A stretch of DNA of 64,000 nucleotides, from positions 1-64,000 of the forward strand of contig MCFH01000006.1 of NCBI GenBank assembly GCA_002104945.1. Reading direction: 5' to 3'. Every line of letters starts with the position of its first letter. Positions within the stretch are counted from its first letter, which is position 1. The notes beneath the pieces are model-generated. The model had not been told where the DNA came from. It did not search any database and saw nothing but the letters and a program-made list of their open reading frames with translations. A program made the translations under genes and the position numbers. The DNA comes from Piromyces finnis finn. Lineage: Eukaryota; Fungi; Neocallimastigomycota. This document shows, one piece after another, positions 46,481 to 57,777 of the stretch.

Positions 46481-48246
46481 TCATTGTATATTATTATTTA
46501 TGTTCATTATATTGTATTAATATTTAATAATAATTATTAATGATAAATGAAATATTGACCTTGTGTATTAAAAAAAAAAGCAAAAAATAAAAAATTAAAG
46601 TGTATATAATTTAAACAATATACAAATATATATGGTAAAAGTATGGGAAAGGTATTATTAAAAGTTTTTTTTTTTTTTTTTATTTTTATTAAATGAAAGA
46701 AACAATAATTATAGATTAGAAATAAAGATATTATTATTTTTTTATATGAAAATTCTTATTTTTGCTTTATCTTTTTATTTATTTGTTTATAATTATTTCT
46801 ATAATTCTTATTTATATCTTTTCTTTTTCTTTTCTTTTTTTTCTGAAGAAATAAATAATTTTTATGGGAAACCTTATTGAAAAATGAAAAATTTTTTATG
46901 GGAGAAATTAAAGTTTCTATTTCTTATTTTTTTGTTTTGTTTTTAGCTATTTAAGTTATACAGTTTTTATTTATATTTTTATTTTTATTTTTTATTTTTT
47001 TTTTCAAAGGTTTAATGCATATTTCATTAAATAAGTCATTAAAAAATTTTTTTTAATTATTGAGGATATAATATAAATAGCTTGAAAAAAAGAGTAAAGT
47101 CTTGATTTTTTTTTTGAAACTATATAATCATGATAGTAATAAGTTTGTTAAGAAAAGTTTATATTATTATATTCTTTGTTTAATTATTTCTTTTTTATAA
47201 TATTATTTTCATTTTTCATTTTTTGATGTAGACCAAAGAATCAATACTTTTATTATTATGATTTTTTAATCAGCGGCAATTTTTTTTGTTTTTAATTTAA
47301 ATTTTTATTTTTTTATGTAAAAAATATAATATTTTATTAAATTTTTGGTGAAACTATTTTTCATTTTTTCCATTTTTAATTTATTTTTTATATATCATAA
47401 TAAAATATGAGAAATAATTAATTAAATTTTTAATTAAAAAACTTTATTACTATAAATCCAAATGTTTTCTTATATTAATGTTTTATATAAGAACCTTATT
47501 TATTATCAAAAATATTTTTTGTGTTCAATATTATTTATTATATCATAAGAAATGAGAGAACCTTAATAATTAATAAAAATCTTATTAAGTCATAAATTAA
47601 TGAAATAAATAGATTAAAAAATCTATTCATTCCTTTTTTTTTTTTGAAATTTAGTTTTTATTATATTAGTTAAAAAAAAAAACAATAGAATTTAATTATG
47701 TATTTTTTCTTTTTTGTTAGAAAAATGTATTATTATAGCCTTTTTTATTTATTAACCTTTTTATTTATACTGTAGACCATTATAAAAAAAATTACTTTAT
47801 GAATTTTTAATTATCATAAAAATGAGTAAACTCTATTGAATTTTTATAATAGAATAATGCCATATATTATAAATACAATGAATAGTGTAACCCATATGTA
47901 TATTTTATTTTATTAATTTAATATATTTAAGAATATTAAATTATTATAATAAAATAAAAAATGAAATAATAACAATAGATATTAGCATATTAAAACTAGT
48001 AATAATAGAAAAAAAAAAAGTATAAATAAAGACCATAATTTTCTTTTTTTTTTATTCATTCATACAGTTTTTTTTTTAATTATATATACAATTAACTATA
48101 ATTTTTTTAAAACTTTATTTTAATAATTTTTTTCTTTTATTTTTAAAAAAGGTATATTAATTTTATTTTATTTTTATAACCATTATATGAATTAAAAATT
48201 TTATTATGTATATGTATTTATGATTTATTTTATTAGTTTGCCAAAA

Positions 48247-49304
48247 ATGAAATCTTTACTTTTTATAGGATTAGCTGCTTTAAATCTTGTTCAATATGCT
48301 AATGCTGCCTGTGCTGGTGCCTATGGTCAATGTGGAGGGTATTTATTCTATTTCAATTTTCCTATTCAATATTTAATGAATTATAAAAAAAGATGTTTTA
48401 AATTAATATATATATGTTTATTTATAATAGTAAAAACTTCCAAGGTGAAAAATGCTGTAATTCCGGATATACTTGTGTAGTTCAAAATGAATGGTATTCT
48501 AATTGTCAACCAGGCGGTAACAATAATGCTTCTAATAATAATTGGAACAATAACAACAACAACAATAACAACAATTGGAATAACAACAACAACAATAATA
48601 ACAACAATTGGAACAACAACAACAACAACAGTGGTAGCAGTTATCCAAAGGGTACTAATTTACAATTCTATAGTCAATGCAAAAATCCAAACCATTGGGC
48701 TATGACTTATGATGATGGACCAACTGAATTTGCTGATGCTATTTTAGATCTTTTAAAACAAAAGGGGGTTAAGGCTACATTCTTTGTTCTAGGTAAAATG
48801 TATATGGATATGAATAGTTCAGAATGGACTAGAATTGTTAAGAGAATGTATAATGAAGGTCATACTGTTGGTAGTCATACTTTTAGTCATAATGATTTAA
48901 CTCAACTTTCTTATAATCAAATTATTAATGAAATGACTCAACTTGAATCTGGTATTCAAAAAGCTATTGGTAAAAAACCTGCTTTTATGCGTCCACCTTA
49001 TGGTTCTGGTAATGGCAATCAAAATGTTATGAATGCTCTTAAGGCTGCTGGCTATACTGCTGCTATTACTTGGAATGTTGATCCAATGGATTATAGTAAT
49101 GGTGGTGATACTAACTATGCTAAGCAAGTTATTAATCAAGCTAAAGGAAAGGGTGGTATTATTACTTTAAATCATTTAAAATATGGTGGTGCCTCTAAGC
49201 AAGGAATTTTAAATTTAGCTAGTACTATCATTGATCAAATGAAGGCTAATGGTTACACTCCAGTTACCATGGAACAATGCCTTGGTATGAGTGCCTATCA
49301 ATAA
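48247..49304 (+). CDS. Secreted CBM1 + CE4 (NodB) polysaccharide deacetylase (acetyl xylan esterase or chitin deacetylase type); intron 48339-48430
   Basis: Signal peptide MKSLLFIGLAAL..., CBM1 CAGAYGQCGG|KNFQGEKCCNSGYTCVVQNEWYSNCQ, W(N)n linker, and CE4 motifs TYDDGP, HTFSH, MRPPYG, WNVDPMDY, TLNH. Confidence 0.93.
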
Positions 49305-49679
49305 ATTTCTTTTAAAAAAATTCTTAAATAAATATATATAGAATATATGAATGACGCTATTAAAAAAAAGAAAAAATAATCTTGATGATTACTTAATAAC
49401 AATGATAAAAATGATATATTTATTTTGTTGAACATAATTATATATTGTAAAAAAAATTGTAATGTATATATAAATATATATAAGTTAGTAGTTTTTTTTT
49501 TACTTTTTTTTTTATTTTTATTTTTTAATAAGCAATGTAAAAAAAAAAAAAAACTATAATGTAAAATAATTATTTGTTATATAACATAATACGTATTATT
49601 AAATAATAAAAATAATAAAGAAGTGATTAAAATAAGTAAAAAAAAAAAAAAAAAAAATTGAATATTCTTACTTTATCTT

Positions 49680-50300
49680 TATAGATGGAATATCAATAAT
49701 TTTCATCACTAAATTTTTAATAATAATGTTTTTGCATATGAATGAAGCAAGTCCATTTATGAGGGTATTGTTACAAGAGATATTTAAGAATTACTTTCGC
49801 ATCTCTTTTAGATGTTTATGTTGCTCAATGAGTGAAATGTTTTGTTAATCGGAAAAAAAAGCGATATTAAAAATTTGGTCTGTAATATTACATATGGGTT
49901 AATAAATTTTATTTGCTATACAAGAAACTTATTACTTAATTAATAATGGTATTATAGAAATAAAAGAACATTATCAGAAAATTACAAATTTCAATAATGA
50001 AAGTTAAGTTTTCAGATGTACTATTAACATATTCTTTAATTCAAATCATTTTATTCTCATTGGCTTTAATAAACTTAGGTCAGTTGCTATATCTAAGGAT
50101 AATTCGGAATATAGCTATTATTTTAATTACCCATATTTGTTTTTTATTATAAAAATATTACCAGTATTAATAATTACTAGTAATAAAGTTATTTTTGGCA
50201 ACCTTTGTGTCTGTTCATTCATACTATGATAATGAATTAGTAATCTTTTCATTATTCATTGGATTTTAGAAAGTTTTGTATTTACTAAATACAGATTTTC
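49680..50300 (-). mobile_element. Possible highly decayed LINE C-terminal remnant
   Basis: Broken minus-strand frames give TDTKVAKNNFI (compare LDARVAKAAKFV in family A) and LINGLASFICK (compare YIDGLVAFLTK in family B). This is weak, by-eye similarity only. Confidence 0.3.
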
Positions 50301-50924
50301 TTCCCTTTATTTTATTTTTCTTTGTTCATTATTTATAATACATGTAAGAGCTTATTTATCATTTTTATCAATCAATTATTTATTTCTTGAAAAGGAAGTA
50401 AAAAGTAATTATTTATTATTATATTTATACATTCATTTTCTTGGGAAATTATAATTTATGATGAGTTATAAATCTATAATACTAACCATTGATATTTCAA
50501 TAATTATTTATCAATGAAATGTAAAATTTATATTATTAACAATGAATTAAATCAATAAATAACTAATGAAATAATATTAATATTAGAATTATAATTATTA
50601 ATATTAATAATTATATATATGTTTAAAATTTAAAATAAGCAATAGTTCTTTTTTTTTATTTTTTTATTTTTTTTTTTAACGGTATCAAATATTTTTAAAC
50701 TTTATTATTAATTTAATTAAAATTATAATACATGTTATAAAAAATAGAAATAAAATAAAAATAAAAAAAAAATATGTTTAAATAAACAAAAATGAATAAA
50801 AAATGGATATAATGTATTCTAGTAATTTTAATTAAATTAAGAAAGCCACTATTATACTAAAGTATTATGATTGTATTTGACTTCCAATGGGACACCGAGT
50901 TAACTATCAAAATTTTGTTATTTG

Positions 50925-53900
50925 TCATAGGACAAAATTATGATCTCCATTGGTTGCGCTGGCCCTCCTGGCCTGTCTTACTGTTTCTTCAGCATTGACG
51001 TTCTTGGATGTTGCTTCAAACCTTATGAACATTGACCATTACTGGTCAATAACAAAAGGCATGATTTTGGTTAGAAGTTCCGCTGTTATCGTCAAGAATG
51101 GTGTTCCTTCGTAAGTGCCCGATTGGATCTGACACTTGCAAAGTTCTTTCCATTCCCTTGAATTGTAATTGATATTGTTAAAACTTTTTCCCCCAAGAAG
51201 GAATTTAAATATTTTATTGCACACACTAGAATAATCATACACGTTAATATTCACAGGATTATTAGAGCTATTACTATTATTAGCTAAATTACTATCTAAA
51301 TTAGAATTATTATCTTCACTATTGCTATTACTACTAATATTACTATTGTTGTTAAAATTATTATCATTAATATTACTAATGTTTTTAATACTATTAATAT
51401 TATTATTTCTATCTCTACTGATATTAACGTTTTCATTATTATTATTGATAGGACTGTCAGAATTACATTGATTGAAAAAATTTAATAGTTGGACTATGTA
51501 ATCGTAATATTTAATACGCATATTTCTAAAAATTGGACAATCTAATAACCAATGTTTAATACTTTGATCTCCACTCTTGCAACATGGACAGTAGTTAGGA
51601 CAAACTGGATCAACAAATTTAGCGGCTTTTGCAACTCTAGCATCCAACTTGTATCCGCTTCTTGCTTTCAATAGCCAGTAGAAACCATAGGCAAACTCTG
51701 GGTATTCATAGCATAATTTAATAAAGTCTTTAGTTTCAATAAATTTATTATCGTCATAGTATTGAGCTTTGATTGAATTTCCTTTGAGATCTTTCCAATA
51801 AAAGTTTTTAAATGCTTTAACATCTCCATGTTTCTTTATTTTTTTATCAAGTGTCCTACTTGATTTGCACAATGTATATTTTCTAAATTTAGGAATGTAA
51901 TTGACAAGGTGTGAAATAATACAATTTAAGTTTTTCCACTTGTTAAAACATCTAACCTGAGCTAATGCGCATTTGGCTGACAATGGTGTAATACTCAAAT
52001 CTTTTGAAATAGAGTATAAAGATATAAATGATACTACTTTATGAACTCCTGCAACCCATCTTATTCCTTTGTTAACATGTTTCTGAGCAATCCTAGACCT
52101 AGCTTTGTTGGATCCAAGTAATGGTGAAAAGTACGAAACTCTGCTGATCACTTGTGAGTTAAGTACTAGCTTTTTGAAAGGAATAGGAATATTAGGGTTT
52201 CTTAAGAATTTACTGACTGAGAAAAGTCCTTTTAAAACCTTATTATTAAAAGCTTTAATAATTGGTTTAAGAGACAAATTCTTATCAAATGGAACACCAA
52301 GATAAGTGTAGCAATCTGTAGTTGGAATGGGTTGTCCTGCTAAATAAAATGTTGTATCTTTCTTGTTCTGATTTTCTACTGATTCAGGATGAATCACCAT
52401 CGTTGAACATTTCTGGATACCAAATTCCATTTAATTATACAAGGCCCATTCATTAACTCTTCTAAGCATCTTTTTTAAGCATCCTCTTGTTGGAGCACAA
52501 ATAACTATATCATCTGCAAAAAGTCCACCACAGCATCGAGTGTCACCTAAACTGACTCCGAGATCTTCGCACCCTTTAAAAATATCATTAATAAAGAGAT
52601 TAAAAAGAATAGGAGAAAGTGTACAACCTTGACGGACTCCTTTCTTCACATCAAAAGATTTCGAGAATTAACCATCTAATTTGACATTAGCCTTAGATAT
52701 TAAATATAAATTTTTTATGAATTGTAAACTCTTACCTCTAATTAAACAATCTAATTTATGGAGGGCATTATCGATTGGGACTGAATCGTATGCTTTCCTA
52801 AAATCTAAAAAGGCCAAATATGTCTTTTTATTATCTAATTGATTTAATTGACGTCTACGACATATTTCCTGGATTGAAATGAAAAGACTAATACTTTCTT
52901 CCTTTTTTCGAAAATCAAATTGTTCCGGTCTAATGAAATTGTTCTTAAGACCATATTCTGAAATTCTAGTGGTGGCAATTTTGGAAATCAACTTAATACC
53001 ATTATTGATAAGTGACATACCACGGTAGTTATCACAATCTGTTAAATCACCCTTCTTAGGAATAGAAACAATACTGGATTCATTCTATGAGCTGGGGAAG
53101 TCTCCATTCCAAATACGGTTGAATAATTTATGAATAAAATTTAAACCATGAGCATCATTATTGGTAGTGGTATTACCAGAAGAATTATTATCTGTAGCAT
53201 TATTAGAATATTGTGAAAAACGCTTATTCGTTGATTCTTCATACCAACGCTCCAAGTCAAGACTTGCACCACTTGGATCGGATGCAAGCTTTTCGAAATG
53301 ATCATGCCATACCTCTAGTTGTTCTTCCGTAGCAACAACTAAATCTCCATTTTTATTTTTAATAGGTTGAGCAGTAAAGAAAGCATCTTTTCCAATTTTC
53401 GCAGTCACAATAAATTCCAAATACTTTCAGCAAAACTCAATGATTCTAATATTTCGACAGATAAACTTTCCAAAGAGTTTAATTCAACTGCTTTTTCAAT
53501 TGCAGACGAGTTCAGTATTACTTCAGTAAATAATGTTATAAAATCTTCATTTCATATTTCATAACAAATTTTTAATCTTCAGAAAATCAAAATGAAGCTG
53601 TATGAAAGAATTTATTATATAAATGAATTTATTAAAAGGATTGAAATTTATCATAAGCTCATTAACTACATTCACAAAAAATGTAATGAGCACAGGAAAC
53701 AAGAATATCTTCATTGGATTAAAACAGGTTTTGAGTATATGAAGAGTCATAATCCTAAGAAGGCTTGGAAATGGATTCCTTTTCCTCAATACATTTTAAT
53801 CTATTCCATTTCAGAATTTTCTTAGGAACATTAAAGTCATTAGAAAAATCATCCATAGGAATAAATTTACCATTAATAAGGAGTGGTTTATGATCTGAAA

Positions 53901-55185
53901 CAGGATAAAAATCATTTATGAATGATCCTGAGTGAATAAGATCTTTCATCTTCGAGTTGATAAGAGCATGATCAATGTCGGAAGATTGATCACCCCAAGT
54001 CCAAGAGATAGAAGAACCTTTGAGTGGAAGAACTTCCCAATCTCCTAATCCATTAGATGATAACCAGTTGGATAATTTTACTTTAGACATATTAAAATCT
54101 CCAACAAGAATCGATGGATGGGATGAGTGAGTTTGTAACCACAAGTGAACTTCTAACTTTGCATAATCAACATAGATATTGTGATGACTATGAGGCATAT
54201 AAATATTTCCAATCGAGCATTTGAATCTATTCCATAGGTTAAAAGTATAAATAGAGATAATATACTTACCTAGGAAGTTTTCAAGTGAGGCTTGACACGA
54301 ATTGTGAATACCTAAATATAAACCTCTCATTCCAGGAACTGATTCATCAGCTTTCTTGAAAAAGTATCTATAATTTCGCAAAGTAACACGACAAGGATAC
54401 TCAGTATTTGATCCAGAACCATTTCCAGTTTCTTGAAAGCATAAAAATAATGGTTTGAAAATAGCTGTGAAATAGCTAATACTATCTCTTTTCTCATGAT
54501 TCCGCTCATTGGTATCCCAATTAAAACAGAAAGAAAAATTATTGGGCTTGTAGGATGAGCAAGAATCGTTGTTATTACTATTGTTATTATTGTCATTGTT
54601 AATAATGGATGATGTGTCATTAGTTAAACTATTATCAGATGGCTGTATAACTGAAGTAGCATCAACTATTGAATTGCTATCGGAGTTAATAGGATTATCA
54701 GAATTAATTGTTGAATGTTGAGGTTGAAATTGAAATTGTGTTTGTTGTAGATCTGGAGTATTTTCATGTTGGAAATCTTGCTGAAGATCTGAATGTTGAT
54801 GAGATTGTTGATGTTTATTAGAAACTAAAAATTTACGTTTGAGCGAGGAAAAAGTGTATTTGTGATTCCTTCTACTACGAGCTGAAAAGGAAATTTTGGC
54901 AGTTGAAAGTTTCTTCCTTAAGATGTGCAAAATATTATAACAGTCTTTCATTGAACCATGAACTTTAACTAAGAAAAAATGATCATTGAAATTCTTCAAA
55001 TATTTAACACTAATAACTGAATTAAAATTGTTCTTCAAAATAACCTCGAGTTTTTCTCATAGCTTGCTAACTGACCATGATCGAATACCACGGATAAAGA
55101 AGGAGCTAATATTATTTAAGGGGATACTATAAGAGTGGGTACCACGTCTAATATAATTTTTATCTTTGATATAAAGGACTGGCAT
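50925..55185 (-). pseudogene. LINE A4 single polyprotein (RRM-like - Q/N linker - APE - RT - CCHC), disrupted
   Basis: ATG at 55185 (MPVLYIKDKN) is in frame with ORF 53755..55038 across one TGA (55057-55059). Further lesions are the inversion at 53401-53777, a deletion of about 50 codons near 53.2 kb, stops at 53085, 52431 and 51039, and a frameshift near 52660. Confidence 0.85.
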
Positions 55186-55780
55186 GATAATTAATTCTAA
55201 TTAAAAATTAATTGAATATAAAAATTAATAAATAATTATAAATATAATGGGAAAAAAAAAATCTGTATCTCTCTTCTTTAAAAAGTACTGGATGGTACAA
55301 AAAATTGTTTCAATGCTTTGATTATAGTTTATTTTTAAAATCGAAGTTGTAAATTTTCTATGTAAATTCTAGTTTTGGTTTGTTGTTAGTAAATTCGATT
55401 CGCTTTTTGACACTAAAATTATTTGACTTTACTTTTCATAAATATTTAAATTGGTAAGGTTTTAAATCGGAATTGAATGTCGACACCAGAAAGATAATAA
55501 ATAGTATTTTTACATGATGCAGAGTGAATCAATCTCTTACAGGAAACAACTCAACAATAGCTACATGAATAAAAATACAATGCAAATGCTAAAGTTGACT
55601 ATATTGGATTCTTACAAGAGAAGAGTAGTACTACATGAATACATGAATTAAAAGAAAAAATACAACAGCAAAAATGTATTACTCTTCTAATTATTATAAT
55701 TAAATACTAAACAAACTTACCTGAATATCAAACATTCAACTTATCCATCTAATAAACTAATACTCGATGAAAAAGTGTTA

Positions 55781-55958
55781 ATTCGCTCAGTACCATGAGC
55801 TTAGTCCTTATAATATTTCCCCATAAAGACTAACCAAGTATCCATTGCGCAATGATTGGATTTTATTTTTTCTACTCGCTCAGTACCATGCGCTTGAGTA
55901 GAGCCCCTTAGGAAACTTCATTTATTAAATAAATGAAGGTACGTTCCCTCGGGGTAGT
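55781..55958 (-). promoter_or_regulatory. Hairpin-rich block at the putative LINE 5' end (structured leader or internal promoter)
   Basis: Several inverted repeats and a 22-nt imperfect direct repeat (55781-55802 and 55874-55895). The function is inferred only. Confidence 0.45.
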
Positions 55959-57047
55959 AATAGTTCTTGGGTCAGTAAAAAGTTTTTTTTTTTTTTTAAA
56001 GAATAAAAAATGTGGTACACGATATAAATTTATAATTTACAAAGTATCCTTACATAAAAAATACATAAAATATATATATATAGAATATATTTTGTTTTAA
56101 TAAATACTTTTGCTAATAAAATAAAAATAAAAAAGGCTAAATTTTTCTTTTTTCTATTTCTTTATAAATAATTATCAGATCATATTATATATATTTATAA
56201 AATAGCGTTTAAGTAAAGATGATTTAGTAAACTTTTTAGCACTACTTATAGCCAGATAAAATTTTTCTCTTACCAGACTTTTAGTCATAAATGACTTATT
56301 GTAATTTTTTTTTTTTAAAATATAAAATAAAATTTATGATATTATTTACTATGATGTATAAAATATATATATATATATTTTCAATTATTTTCAATTATTT
56401 TTTATTTTTATTTTTTATAAATTAATACATATTATTTAATAATACTATAAATTTAATTATTTCATTTCTAAAAATTGAATAAAAGGGTAATAAAAGAATA
56501 AAAAACTTATATTTTTGTTTTATAACGGATAATATATTTTAATATTATTAATTATTTTTACTTTATTATTTTTATTCTTTTCAACAAATTATATACAAAG
56601 TATTTGAATATAAAAAACTAAACATAAAATTTTTATCTTTTTTATTTTATTAATAAAAATATTAAATACATTTATATATTTAACATAAAAAATATTTCAA
56701 GTTAAAAAAACTATTATAAAATTTCTAATAATTAATTATATTTTATATATTTTATATATTTTATAAAAGAACTATATTGTTTAATTTTATAGAAAATTTT
56801 TATAATATTTTATTGATAAATTAATTTAACGAATTACTACTTAAATAATTGCTAATCCTTAAATTTAATATTGTTAACTTATAATTTTATCGTGTATTAT
56901 AAAATATTATATTTTTTTAATATATATATATTTTATAATTTGTAAAAAAAAGGAAAAAAAAAAAAAAAAACATTTTTTTCTTAATCCTTAGTTTTTTTTC
57001 AACCTAAATACCTGAAAACAGTTTTTAATAAAGTATACCATATTTGA

Positions 57048-57754
57048 TGTTACGGTTCGAGGAATTTACTTTTATTTATAAAATATTAATAAATTTATTA
57101 ATACTCAAAAATAATATTAAAATGAAATAAGAAAAATTGTTTTATTAATAAAATTGTTTTATTAAGATATTAATATAAAATTATAAAAATAAAATAAAAA
57201 TAAAAATAAAAATATCTGTATATTCTCTAATTCTTATAATATACACCTTTTTATACTTTTTGTAAAAAATTAAGTAGTGTTAATTAAAAGAATTAGTCTT
57301 TAATTATTTACATTAATTTTAGTATTTAAATTACTTTTAAATGAATAATAAAATTACATTACTATTATAATAAATATTTATACATATTATTAAATTGATT
57401 AACATACATTAAAAGTTTACTTTAAATATATTTAACTAAAGAATTTTACTATTTTACAGAAATATTATTCATAATTTTAATTAATAAAAATTCATTAACT
57501 TGATAAATTAAACTAAAAGTTCAATAAACTATAATTTTCAATATATTATTATTACTAAATTAATTTTTAAGTTTAATAAAATAAAATTTAAGTTCAATAA
57601 AAATAATTATTAATAATTTTAAATATAATTTAAGTGTATACATTAATTTACAAATAAGAATATTGTAAAGTTTTCATATATTTAGGAACAATAATGGATT
57701 AGGTCATAATCATTAATTATGACAAGAATAACATTATTTGTTGGTTCCTTAACA
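57048..57754 (-). repeat. Putative 3' LTR (707 bp) of the Ty3/Gypsy element
   Basis: TG...CA ends with 7/8 inverted termini (TGTTAAGG and TGTTACGG). It begins just after a G-rich PPT-like tract (GTGGGGG) that follows the pol stop. No matching 5' copy was found in the window. Confidence 0.65.
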
Positions 57755-57777
57755 AGTGCCCCCACGAAGACTCTTGC

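Larger units (their letters stand above)
50649..55958 (-). mobile_element. LINE family A copy A4, apparently full length but disabled; poly(A) tail appears as a T-tract at 50649-50677; candidate TSD AATAGTTCTT at 50641-50650 and 55959-55968
   Basis: Same 3' UTR and RT as A1/A3, plus an APE endonuclease (QET, GDFN, DIDH, SDH) and an N-terminal extension. The 10-mer beside the tail recurs exactly where a GC-richer structured block ends. Confidence 0.88.

Noticed and set aside
50925-55185. RIP-like mutation in LINE A4
   Set aside because: By eye, the substitutions are mostly C->T/G->A but occur in mixed contexts, as expected from general AT drift. A dinucleotide-context count against the consensus would be needed.
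55874-55895. CUGAGCGA...GAAA read as a hammerhead core; a twister-like UAA/AAGC arrangement nearby
   Set aside because: The core has an extra nucleotide relative to CUGANGA, and stems II and III cannot be formed. The twister pseudoknot spacing also did not fit. It is kept only as an unclassified structure.
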